Origin: the human T2T-CHM13v2.0 reference genome, Homo sapiens
DNA: 64,000 nt
Strand: one strand, 5' to 3'
Assembly: GCF_009914755.1 (NCBI RefSeq)
Contig: NC_060934.1
The position numbers and the translations under genes were made by a program. Numbering within the stretch: the stretch's first letter is position 1; each line of letters opens with the position of its first letter. Under the pieces are notes generated by a model. The model saw nothing but the letters and a program-made list of their open reading frames with translations. It was not told the DNA's origin and did not search any database. Below are positions 13,451-24,570 of the stretch, piece after piece.

Positions 13451-14639
13451 TCCTTTCACTCTGCTAGCGCAGTCCCTGGTTGACATGGTGGTCACACAGG
13501 TTTGGGAGGACCTGGGATGTCTCAAGGCAGTGAGGAAGGCTGCAGAGGGGTTTGTTGCTATGTAAGTGTGTTGGGGGTGGGCAGGGTATGAGTTCCCAGC
13601 TGAGGTTGAATTTAGAACTCACCCACCTAGGATGATGGTTTCGTTTGGTTCCACAGTCTTCAGTGCCTCTGTCTGCAAAGGTGGTCCTTTGGGGCAGAGG
13701 ATACAGCTGGCCTCTGAACCTCCCTCACATGGTCCAGAGGGGCTATGATTACTAATATGCATTGGTTTCTCAGGGCATCTTAGCAGCAGGAAACAAAGCT
13801 TGCATATTTTTGGGAGCAGGAAGTAAACAGCGTACCTTCCCCTGCAGGGTAATTAGAAAAGCAAAGAGTTTGTGCTGGGAAATAAGGTAGGGAGCCAGTT
13901 GTTCAGAAAATACTCAAAACAGCCACTTGACAGGGGTCCCCTGGAGGACCCTTGAGGTGTGTGGAACTGGGGCAGTTCAGGTGGAAAAATTCCCCTTCCT
14001 CCTTGGAAAAGGGGTAACCTTAAGACAAAATGTTCTAAGCAGCTCTTGGTTCCTTCTGCCAGAGCTGCTCAGAGATGAGCTCCCTGCCCAATTAGGCAGC
14101 CTCTATGGAGATTGCTTTCATCAAGCCTTGTTAAGAGGGAAAATAACAGAATGTGCTCACTACTTTCAAATTTACTTTGAAGCTTGCATTTATCTGCCAG
14201 AGGGAAATGTTCATCTTTCCTGTGAGCTGGTGGGTGAGCCCTGGAATTAATAGGTGATGTTTCCATAAATACGGCTCAGTTCAGCACTACCATTATACTT
14301 TTTTATTGCTAGGGATTAATGAACAGGAAAAGGAAGACTCTTTGTAGGGCATAAAGACATAGAGAGGTGTTTGGTAAGAAAACTCTCAGATCTCATCCAG
14401 AGTTTGAAGACTCAGGGCTTTGCATGCTGCTTTTCAACCACCATTCAATCATTGGAAACAGGTGACAGAGTCAGCCAACTGCTGCACTAAACACCCTTGA
14501 GCATCGCTTTTTTAATGTAGACTTGTCCCTCAAATTCTTTATTGGCTCTCCAATAGCAATACATGATTGGTATTATATACTAACCATTACCTTATATGCT
14601 ATTAAATTATTTCTTATTATTCTTCTATATTTCTTCTTT

Positions 14640-16118
14640 TTTAAATTTCCATTTTTATTTTAGATTCAGGGGGTACATGTGCAGGTTTGTGACAAGGGTA
14701 TATTCTGTGGTGCTGAGGTTTGGACTTCTACTGATCCTGTTACCCAGGCGGTGAGCATAGTACCTAATAGGAAGTTTTTCAGCCTTCAACCCCCTCCTCC
14801 TCTCCCTCCTTTTGGAGTCCCAGGTGTCTATTCTTCCCATCTTTATGTCCATGTGAACCCAAGATTTAGCCTCCACTTATAAGTGAGAACATGTGATATT
14901 TGGTTTTCTGTTTCTGTGTTAGCTCATTTGGGATAACAACCTCCAGCTGCATTCATGTTGCTGTAGAGGACAGGATTTCATTTTTCTATGGCTGCATAAT
15001 ATTCCATGGTATACAAGTATCAAATTTTCTTTATCCAGTCCACCACTGGTGGGCACCTAGGTTGATTCCGTGTCTTTGGTATTTGAATAGTGCTGCAACG
15101 AGCATACTAGCACATGTGTCTTTTTGGTAGGATGATGTATATTCCCAGGAATGAGATTGCTGAGTCGAATAGTAGTTCTATTTTTATTTCTTCAAGAAAT
15201 CTCCAAACTGCATTCCACAGGGGCTGAACTAATTTGCATTCCCACCAACAGTGTATAAGTGTTCTCTTTTCTCCACAACCTCGCCAACGTCTGGTTTTTT
15301 TTTTTTTTTTTGGCTCTTTCATAATAGCCATTCTGACTGGTGTGAGATGATATCTCATTGTGCTTTTGATTTGCATTTCTCTGATGATTAGTTATGTGGA
15401 GCATTTTTTCATACATTTATTGGCTGCTTGTGTGTCTTCTTTTGAAAAGTGTCTGATCATCTCCTCTGCCCACTTTTTATTAAGATTGTTTGTTTTATTC
15501 TTGTTGATTCATTTAAGTTCCTTGTAAATTCTAGATATTTGTCCTTTGTTGGATGCATAATTGGTAAATATTTTCTTCCATTCTGTAGGTTGTCTATTTA
15601 CTCTGCTGAAAGTCTCTTTTGCTGTGCAGAAGCTCTTCTGTTTAATTAAGTCCTGTTTGTCTACTTTTGATTTTTTTGCATTTGCTTTTGGGGGTCTTCA
15701 TCATAAATTATTTGCCTAGGCCAATGTCTAGAGGAGTATTTTCTGGGCTTTCTTCTGTAATTTTTATAGTTTGAAGTCTTACATTTAAGTCTTTAATTCA
15801 TCTTGAGTTAATTTTTGTATATGGTGAGAAGTAGGAGTCCAGTTTCATTCTTCTGCATATGGTTAGCCAGTTTTCCCAGCACAATTTGTTGAATAGAGTG
15901 TCCTTTTCCCATTGCTTATTTTTGTCAACTTTGTTGAAGATGAGTTGGTTGTAGATGTGCGTCTTTATTCCTGGGTTCTCTATAGTGTTCCATTTGTCTA
16001 TGTGTCTGTTTCTCTACTAGTACCATGCAGTTTCGGTTACTACAGCCTTGTAGTATAATTTGAAGCCCGGTAATGTTATGCCTCTGGCTTTGTTCTTTTT
16101 GCTTGGGATTGCTTTGCT
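14640..16118 (-). mobile_element. 5'-truncated L1 (L1PA16/PA17-like): 3' UTR and disrupted ORF2 C-terminus
   Basis: TTTTAGATTCAGGGGGTACATGTGCAGGTTTG 3' end; ORF 15107-15376 [18 protein letters not shown]...[12 protein letters not shown] is the L1 ORF2p C-terminal region, frameshifted. Confidence 0.95.
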
Positions 16119-16285
16119 TAGCCTAGATTTCAGGATTGCTCACAATCTAGCCTCATGCTACCTCATCAACAACTAATTGTAGAATGATTGATAAATGAGA
16201 TAATCTATTTAACATACTTAAGCATAGTATCTAGGACACGGTGGAAAATCATTAGAGTTTATCAATATTATGTTTATTTGCAAAA

Positions 16286-16820
16286 GCCATTTGTTTTGTC
16301 TGCTCAGCATCCATTCACTATTCTTCTTCTTGTCATAGTATGCCTACCTTAAATAATCTCCCTTTTCCAGTCATGTTCATGTATTATGAGGAAATTGGCC
16401 AGTCATAGTGCCTCATCTCCCTGGCCACAGAGCTTGAATTAGAAATGGATATGTGACTTAAACTGGGCAAAGAAGAAATCCTTCCTGCCGTTTTTCAAAC
16501 AGGAGCTGGAAGCAAAGCTCCTTAGCTTTTCGTTTTTTCTCTGGACATATTGTTCAGATATAAGCCCAGAGCATCTGTGGCCATATTTTTATCTCATGGG
16601 GACAGGTGACCAAGAGAGAAAAGTCAAAGAATAGGAAAACACCTAAAGATGGGTATATAATTTTTATATAAATATAGATGAAAATATGAAGAAAGGGGAA
16701 AATATTAAAATCCCTGGCTCTAGTAGTTTTTAAGTCCATCCATATCTGTAAGTTTCATCGTATTGGACATGTGAGCCTATAACTATTTGCTTTTGTGTTT
16801 AACTAATTTAAAGTGGCTTT
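16286..16820 (+). mobile_element. MLT1K/MLT1L-like MaLR LTR
   Basis: GCCATTTGTTTTGTCTGCTCAGCATCCATTC start; CCCTGGCCACAG...ATGTGACTTAAACTGGGC. Confidence 0.65.
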
Positions 16821-17689
16821 TAACATCTTGGTGGCTACTTGGAATATAAGGAAAGCACAGCTCCACCCTTAAGGAATTCTATTTCTTGTGGTAAATAGAA
16901 ACATGAATATCACAAGTAGTCATGGTTTCACTAGCAAAAGTGTGTCCTGGACAGTGGCATGCATCGTGAAAGCCACTCTCCTAACATGTCCCCCTTGTCT
17001 AGCCTCCTAGTTTCTAGTTTGTGATGGCTCAAGAGTTGTCTGGGGTCTGAGCATATGATTACAAGGAGTATCAGTGAGAGTTTCTTTTGCTCTGTTCCTG
17101 TGCTGCCTGGAATTCCCTGTGGCTTATGACATTTCAATAAGTGATGATGGTTCTGCAGATAGTGCAGGGCTTTCTTCCTGAGAGTGAGAGTGTCTGAGTC
17201 TCCCTCAAAAGGGACTCCATAAAGAGGACTCTTTACTTAAAGTCCGTAGACTTTGTGTGGAGATGTCCATGAATGGGCTTAAGGATAGGTAATGTTACAC
17301 ATCATTTCTAGGGCACATGATTTTTTTGGGAGTGGTTGGAGAGAGAGAATCTATAGCCTTTGTCAGGTTCTCAAAAAGGTCCTTCAGCCAAAAAAAAAAT
17401 GCTCCACAGGGAGGTCTTGTAGAAGAATTTCCAAAATAAAAAGTGACTGCAAAGAGGAATGCAAAAAGAATCTTCATGTGTCTTGGATCTCTGGAGCAAA
17501 TGGGGAATTTTTCTGGTGTCACATAGTGACAACCCAGGTGGCTGAGAGTCACAAAGACATGTATGGTGTCTCTTCAAAAGGAATCTCCCAGGACATTCAA
17601 CCAAGGACCTCTGCCAATTTCAAGAGGTAGAGGAAGATCATCCTTAGATTTCCAGTTAGGTGATAATGGGGTAAAATACCAATAGTTGA

Positions 17690-18050
17690 TCGTCTTTCTG
17701 CTTGGAATGACCTCCTGATATTCGCATGACTTTCTCACTTCCTTTAGGGCTCTACGAAGTTTTTCCCCTTTATTACTGAGAGACTTTGTGTCACTATACT
17801 ATTTAAAATGGCACAATCAACATCTCTACCCTGAAATTTGTTATTTCCTTATCTAGCTTTATTATCTTCTAGTATATATCATGCATTAAGACACCATTTA
17901 TTCACTTATGTAGCTTAGTCACATATTTATTTACATTTAGCAGAATGTAAGGTCCATGAGAAAACAAACTATGCCTTGTTTATATGCTGTATCTCCAGCA
18001 TTGAGAACAATTCCAGGCACAAAGTGTCTGTTGAATGAATGAATAAAAGA
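17690..18050 (+). mobile_element. L2 3' end
   Basis: AGAATGTAAGGTCCATGAG...GCTGTATCTCCAGCA...GTTGAATGAATGAAT terminus. Confidence 0.8.
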
Positions 18051-18109
18051 ATGTCTTCTCTGTGTTCTTCTACCTAAGTATTAATTCTTCTCTTTCCTTC
18101 TTGTAAAGA

Positions 18110-18550
18110 TAGCCTAGTATGAAAATTAAAAGCACAGACTCTAGTACCAGATAGCTTGGATTAAATCCCAGCTTTGCCCTGAAAATATCTTTATTGATAA
18201 CAGTTACAATGATAAATGAGATGAAGAAGATTTACTTGTCTTGAGAGAGGCATGAAGACAGCTGAATCTCTTCTACCTAATTCTACAGAAACAGAGGGTC
18301 TATCATGAGTCATGAATAGACCTTGGGTTCTACTCTCAGCTCTGCCACATGCTAGCTGGCAAAACTTGGTCAGATTACTTGACTTCTCATGCCTTAATTT
18401 TTTCATCTTTCAAACAGTGCTCCACTCATACTACCTGTGAGAGAATGTGTTAAAACACTTAGCACAATGCTAAAGCATGAATTAGTGCTTGGTGAATGTT
18501 AGGAGTTATTGGGATACATAGTAAGTGCTCAGCAAAAGTTAAATGTTATC
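18110..18550 (+). mobile_element. MIR fragments
   Basis: AGCACAGACTCTAGTACCAGA head; CTTGGTCAGATTACTTGACTTCTC...AAACACTTAGCACAATG. Confidence 0.7.
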
Positions 18551-19369
18551 ATGCAGTCTCTTCTGACCACTCTAGTATTTTTCCATGCTCTTCTTATGAT
18601 TTATATCTGATCCACACTTTAGCTGTATTGATCTCTCTGTGTGTGTGGTGTGTAATATTTTCTCAACTAGATTAAATTCCTTAAAAGCTCATACTTTTGA
18701 CCTTCAGAGGGCACAGCCTAACATTGAGCACATAATCCTCTTAGCTTATGGTGAATGTTTGGAATAGGGCATCCTGTCCTCCCTGGTCTGTTATTTTCTC
18801 TGTTCTTTTCATTTTAAGGAAAGGAATCTCTCTTAAAACACACTCATCCTCTTCCCTTATCTCTCAGAGACAGGCTCTGTGCATATATGGGGCTCCAGTT
18901 ATGTCAAATGTCTGCCTCTTGCTTGCTGATACCTTACATGAGGAAGTACCTAATCCACCTATTGATTTCTTCTTGACTCAGGACCCATCTAAATGGCTCT
19001 GGAGTAAACAGCTTATTTCTTTTTGGATGGAGGAATGTCACTACAACCTTGCGTGAAGCCTGACCTCTTTCTTCCTTGATTTTTCCATCTATAAAATCGA
19101 GATTATAAAAGACTCTAGGTAAATTTATAGGAAGCCTGGGAAAATTTCTACCAATACTTCTGTCTGTGGCATCATGTGAAAGAGAGTCTAATTCTCAATA
19201 TTAGAAAATTGGAGCATTGCTGCCAGTCTGCTTCAGTGGTTGCTTTCACTTCTGGTTTAGTTTGCTTGAAATATATCAATAACTGGAGATTTCCAGGTGG
19301 AAATCCCATAGAATTTCAGGCCAAAAACTATTTTTTGGGAGGTCAGGTGCTTGAGAAAATTCTATTTCT

Positions 19370-19645
19370 TAATATCTCTGCTCAAATGTCACATCTTTAG
19401 GCAGCCCTCCCTGACCTTACAATTAAGGTCACTTTCCCCATTACACACACTCACAGAGCCCTGTAGCTTTACTTCAAAGTCCTTATCAGAGTTTGGAAAT
19501 AGTTATTGATCTGTGTGGTTATCTGGTTAATGTCTGTTTTCCCCGCTACACTGCAAGATCCCCAAGGCCAGGAATGACTTTGCTCAACAGTGTCTGGTAC
19601 ACAGTAGTAACTCATGAAAGTTTTCTTCAATAGCGAATCAATGAA
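19370..19645 (+). mobile_element. L2 3' fragment
   Basis: TCTGCTCAAATGTCACATC...CAGTGTCTGGTACACAGTAG. Confidence 0.7.
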
Positions 19646-20504
19646 GAGAAATGCTCTGTTGGTGAGGAAATAGAAAAGAACCTGATTCTTTTCAAACCAG
19701 GAAAGGCCTGATGGTTTTACTCTGTGCTTCCTTGGAAGGCCTGTCTTCTCATTTTTAATCAGGAAGACAGGCTGGCAAATAACTATCGAATGCAGCTGGT
19801 CTGAAACTCACGGAAACAATGTCTTGCTGACACATGTCTGTAGGCTCTTGGTAATGCCTAAGTCCATGCATTAAACCTCATAAATAGTGTCTGATGAGAA
19901 AAGTAGTGATTTGGATCAAAATGGGAGAGGAGTCAGAGGGCAGTTCCAGAACGTGATGGAAATCATGTAGCTCTTCCTTTAGGACTGCTGAGTCTAGATG
20001 GGCTGCAATGTGGGTCATTACTAAAAAAAAAAAAATTTCACTGTTGGGCAATCATAAACATCCATGGTGTCCAGAGAAACAGGCGTCTCTTTTTCTCATT
20101 GAGTCCCTTTTAGTCTTTGCAAATTCTGGGAGTTGCATCTCACACATATCCGACTCCTTTTCTTTTCTTACATACTTTCGATTAGTCAGCTTCTTCCAGG
20201 GGCCCAGCACTTTTCTGGATAGCTCCAAGCCCCCTTGAGGCTCTGAGTGTTTCCTCACTTGATTTTCAAGGACCCCTAGAGGCCTCGAATGAGTGCGGCT
20301 GTGGCAACTTCAATTTCCTTAGAGTGGAGAAACTTTAAGACCCAAAAGCCTCCCTTTTGCTGATTTAGACTCTGTTTATAACATAATTTTGGTGAAATAT
20401 TCTGCAAGCAAATCTTTCTCTTTGTTCTTCCTACCAGCTGGAGGATATGTACATAGAGTACCATTTCCCAAGTCATGTGTTACGGAACATCAGTTTCAGG
20501 AGGT

Positions 20505-21143
20505 ATTTACTTACTCACTCACCAATATGCATTTAGTTAATATCTACCATGTGGCAGATACTGTGCTATTTGGAAATAAAAGGCTAGGAAAAAAAACAAA
20601 TCTGGGCCCTGCCTTCAGGGAACTCAGTGTCTAGTCAGGAGACAACTATTACTATAGTAATCAAGTAAGTATAAAATTTAAATGTGAGATAACTTTCATA
20701 AGAGAAAAGTTTACATACAGTGCTATGAAAGCATATAGTCAATAATAGGAGTTGGGAAGTTTTTTCTGCAGAGGACCAGACAGTTAATATTTTTGGCTTT
20801 GCAAGCCAAATGGTCTGGTCCAACTACAAAACTCTGCTGTTGTAGTGTGTCAAAGTAGTTCATGGACAACATGTAAACAAATGATCGTGGTTATGTTCCA
20901 ATAAAACTTTATAGATACTGAAATTTGAATCTTGTGTAATTTTTACATGTTACAAAATTTTTCATTTGATTTTTTTTCAACCGCTTAAAGGTGCAGAAAC
21001 CATTCTTAGCTTGTGGGCTATGCAAAACAGGCAGCTGGATGGATGAGGCCCCTGGGCCATAGTTTGTTAATCTTTGTTCTAGGGGGCTAAGGAAGGGCTT
21101 TCCTGAGGAAGAGGTGTTTGATATGAGATCTGAATGTGAGTGG
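20505..21143 (-). mobile_element. L2 3' fragment split by MER58B
   Basis: CTACCATGTGGCAGATACTGTGCTA...CCCTGCCTTCAGGGAACTCA...; resumes AGGGCTTTCCTGAGGAAGAGGTGTTTGATATGAGATCTGAA. Confidence 0.75.
20747..21076. mobile_element. MER58B (hAT-Charlie)
   Basis: TTTTCTGCAGAGGACCAGACAGTTAATATTTTTGGCTTTGCAAGCC...GTTCCAATAAAACTTTAT...GGGCCATAGTTTG. Confidence 0.85.
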
Positions 21144-21420
21144 GAGAACTGAGTAGTGTGGGGACAGTGGTGGTGGGGGGAGAACTGGGTAGGGTGGGGA
21201 CAGTGGTGGGTGGGAGAACTGGGTAGGGTGTGGGGACAGTGGTGGTGGGGGGAGAACTGGGTAGGGTGGGGACAGTGGTGGGTGGGAGAACTGGGTAGGG
21301 TGTGGGGACAGTGGTGGTGGGGGGAGAACTGGGTAGGGTGGGGACAGTGGTGGGTGGGAGAACTGGGTAGGGTGTGGGGACAGTGGTGGTGGGGGGAGAA
21401 CTGGGTAGGGTGGGGACAGT
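21144..21420 (+). repeat. G-rich minisatellite, 8 units with alternating 34/38-bp monomers (72-bp period)
   Basis: GAGAACT unit starts at 21144, 21180, 21214, 21252, 21286, 21324, 21358, 21396. Confidence 0.97.
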
Positions 21421-21429
21421 AGTGCTGAT

Positions 21430-21512
21430 GATACCATGAACCCCACAAATATCTACACTTACTATGTACCCCCCAAAATTAAAAATAAATAAAACAGAAA
21501 AACAAGAAAAAA
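21430..21512 (+). mobile_element. Short L1MA 3' terminus with A-rich tail
   Basis: CATGAACCCCACAAATATCTACACTTACTATGTACCCCCCAAAATTAAAAATAAA. Confidence 0.8.
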
Positions 21513-23812
21513 GGACCACTCTAGTATGTTAACATCATGTTGCAAATAAAAGGGAATCTTTGGTGATATAAGGAAAACAACAACACTTTAAACATTCTGA
21601 GAAATTCCTGTAGCAGAAGAAATAGATTTTGCTTAAATCAATGTTTCCTAAACCGATTTGTCCAATAAAATCATTGTTAGGCTGAAGACCTACTAACATG
21701 GAGGGAACACATTTTTGGAAATGCACGTCTAGGGAGTTTTTGGCTGTAAAAGAATTCCAGAATATACTTCACACTTCTGTTCCAGAAATTTAGCCATGAA
21801 AATGACCCTAGTTCATGTAGCATTTTCATGTGGGTGTTTCTGAGAATTTGTGTCTCTTTATTGAGGGATCTTTTAGGCTAGAATTTGACACCACTGTTTT
21901 TGCAGTAGCTTATGTGTGGACTTGCCCCGGGGGCAAGGGGACAAACTGAATGGCTCTCAGAGGACCCCATCTGGCATTTAATGATGCCATTATGGTTGTA
22001 AGAGAATTGAATGTATTTTACCAAATGCTCCGTGGGGAAAATAATAACAGCAAATATTTAGCTGATGATGACATACAGCTCCTCTGGAGAGCTGTGAGAA
22101 CCTATTGATTCTCACTTCATAAAATGCTTATTTGAAAACTCTAATATCTGTGAGAGTTTTCCATGTGCTGTTCCACTAATGTGGTTTTTCCCAGAGCACC
22201 CAAGTAAAAAGTGGAAAATATTTTGTCCTACGTCTGCATATCCCCAAATATCTAGAAGTTTTGAGTTGATTAGACTAGATGTTTGGATAGTAGGTTGAAT
22301 TTTCCACCATTTGTCCAGTTATTTTGGCTCTAAGTGTTCCAGCATAAATGTGTACATGAATTATTTGTTGTCATGTTTTTAATGCAGGGCAGTGTCCTCC
22401 ATCTCATTCTTTTAAAACCTCTCTTTTACAATGGTCAGAGAAAAATGTGATAAGCACTTTTTGATTAGCACTTTTCAAACTATGCTTACCTCTGGGTCTG
22501 GGATTACTTTTTTGTGGCAGGCACACATTGAGATGCAGAGCATATTGGGATAAGTCTTAGGAGGATGCTTGTCTAGGAAGTCAGTTGACATACCATGAGA
22601 TGAAAAACTTAAGAGAAATGTTCATGGCTAGAGCCAAGTAACTGCGTTTCCTCTGTTTTCTGTCTCAGTGTCTTTCTCTTTTGTCTGTCTCTTTTTAGTT
22701 GTCACGCCTCAGCCTTGGATCAAAACAAGAGAGAAATAAATACACGATTAGAGTCTTTGCTCCTTTGTACAGTGCTGTTGCTGAGGTAGATAAATGATCT
22801 GGGTGTTTCTGTGGTATTTTTCCATTATACTTGTAGAGGAAGCAGTGTTTATTATACATCAGAATCATTTGCTGTAAATGGTGTATTTACCTCAGTTCCT
22901 TTAGTTGAGCTTAAATTCTCAGTTAGCCTCCATGTAAATCTTGCTTAAAACCATACAACATTAAAGCTGAAGGGGTCTTACCAGTGGTCAGGCTGGGATT
23001 TCTCATTTCAGAAGAGGAAACTGAGATACTGAGGTAATGGCAGAGTCCAGGCTGACTCCTATCCTGACTTCTACTCTGTGTCTCTTTCTGGTCCAGCTTC
23101 TGTTTGATACCCAGTAGCAGCAATTCTCTGACATATGATTGATCTCCTCTTTCAATTTAATGTAGGCAGTGACCCTATAATACTTAATCTTGAGAAGTAA
23201 GAGGGTCTACCTTTCAACAGAATAAAACAAGGATGTCTTCCTTCCATATAGAAGGATAAATGTGTCTGTTTTTATGGGAAGCAGAAACAGGACATGCCAT
23301 TTGACTAAGTGGAGAGAAGAGGGTGTGGGTGGGGATGGGGAGTATTTTATAACAGCCAGATATATAGAGTCTCATAAACAAACTGAGCACAAGTAATAAA
23401 GGAACTGCTCTTGTTCCCCACATATACATGGCCGGAGGGAAGGGTAACCAGTAAGGGATTTATGTGGACTGGTTACTGAGCTTCTTTATGGGCTTCTTTA
23501 TGGGGCATCTGTCTGTGTAAGGCAAAGCAGCAGCAGGTGGGATTAAGACAGTTGGAAAGAAACAGCTGAGTTTGAGCTCTTTAGTTTTTAAAATTTTAAT
23601 CTGAGAAGAGGGTAAAGCACTTATTTTCTATGAGCTTTTGCTCATGGAATCAGCTTTAGTTTGAGGGAGTTGGTGCTCATTGATCACAAAGCATGTGGAA
23701 GCATAGTTTCATATGGCTCTGTGGCAGAAACTTTAGGTGTGGGATGGGTAAAACAACCCCTGTCTCCAGATTGTTTAAATTGACTGGCAATTATAGAACA
23801 TGGACCTATGTG

Positions 23813-23947
23813 TAGGGTTGCCAGATGAAATACAGGTAAATTCAAATTTCAGATAAACAGTAAATAATTTTTAGTATAAGCATGTTTCAAATATTGCATA
23901 GGGCATGTTAGGGGTTCTGTATTTTTATTTACTCATGGATGGGTACC
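23813..23947. mobile_element. MER53 palindromic MITE with internal deletion
   Basis: TAGGGTTGCCAGAT...AATTTCAGATAAACAGTAAATAATTTTTAGTATAAG...AAATATTGCAT...CTGTATTTTTATTT. Confidence 0.85.
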
Positions 23948-23989
23948 TGGAAGCTTATCATAAGGCCCAAAGACTTTATTGGGATCAGA

Positions 23990-24115
23990 ACTAGAATGAA
24001 TCTTTGAGATCATTCCAATCCCTCTATCTCAGATAAAAGAACTTGGGTTTAAAGACGATAAGTGAGTTGCCCTGGTTCACACAGCTGGCAATGGCTGAGC
24101 TTGGCCTTCAGCCCA
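23990..24115 (-). mobile_element. MIR
   Basis: CAGATAAAAGAACTTGGG...AAGTGAGTTGCCCTGGTTCACACAGCTGG. Confidence 0.7.
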
Positions 24116-24169
24116 TTTTTTATCTAATTCTTATCTAATTCTTGGTATAATGCAGCACACTGATTTCAT

Positions 24170-24570
24170 TGGTAGATGAGCACCATGGACTGGTATGTTT
24201 GAGAAAGCTCCAGGAGGGAAGTGGGACTTCAGTAGAATTTTGAATGGAAGTGGAATGGTTGGGGAAGGCATTCCAGTGGAAGACAAGCATAAGCAAAGGG
24301 GCAAAGGCGAGACTGAATTTTTTGTTCAAGGAAGGAAGGAATGAAAAAGATGTTACTGTGGAACATAGATCAGTCATTGGACCAATGGATTCATGCCAAG
24401 AGAAATAAAAGAAGGGAATATTGAAGAGATAGTTTAGATAGGAGTTAGATTTTGTAGCACCTTTACAAGTTTTAAAGATTTCAACTTCATTTAGAATGGC
24501 ATAGAAAGGAGATGTGAAAGGTTTTTGCATGGACAAGTCAGTTCTATGTCAGTGACCAAAACAATTTTGA
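24170..24570 (-). mobile_element. L2 fragment
   Basis: GAAGGCATTCCAGTGGAAGACAAGCATAAGCAAAGG, an L2 antisense motif. Confidence 0.6.

Larger units (their letters stand above)
20458..21727. mobile_element. MER103C-like hAT MITE split by nested insertions (ends 20458-20505 and ~21520-21727)
   Basis: Inverted ends CATTTCCCAAGTCATGTGTTAC / GGAACACATTTTTGGAAATG; internal TCTGAGAAATTCCTGTAGCAGAAGAAA. Confidence 0.55.

Noticed and set aside
15107-15416. L1 ORF2-like peptides as a coding gene
   Set aside because: Frameshifted fragment of a 5'-truncated old L1; no reverse transcriptase or endonuclease domain intact
21144-21420. CRISPR-like array
   Set aside because: No unique spacers; a pure tandem repeat in primate DNA, with no cas genes
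20909-21519. Longest ORFs (179, 146, 119, 88 aa) with His/Pro/Thr or Trp/Gly repeats, mucin- or extensin-like
   Set aside because: They are translations of the 72-bp VNTR, which lacks stops in several frames, flanked by L1MA, L2 and MER58B; no gene context
23481-24143. Tiny tandem duplications (GCTTCTTTATGG x2 at ~23481; TATCTAATTCT x2 at 24121)
   Set aside because: Ordinary slippage indels expected at this frequency
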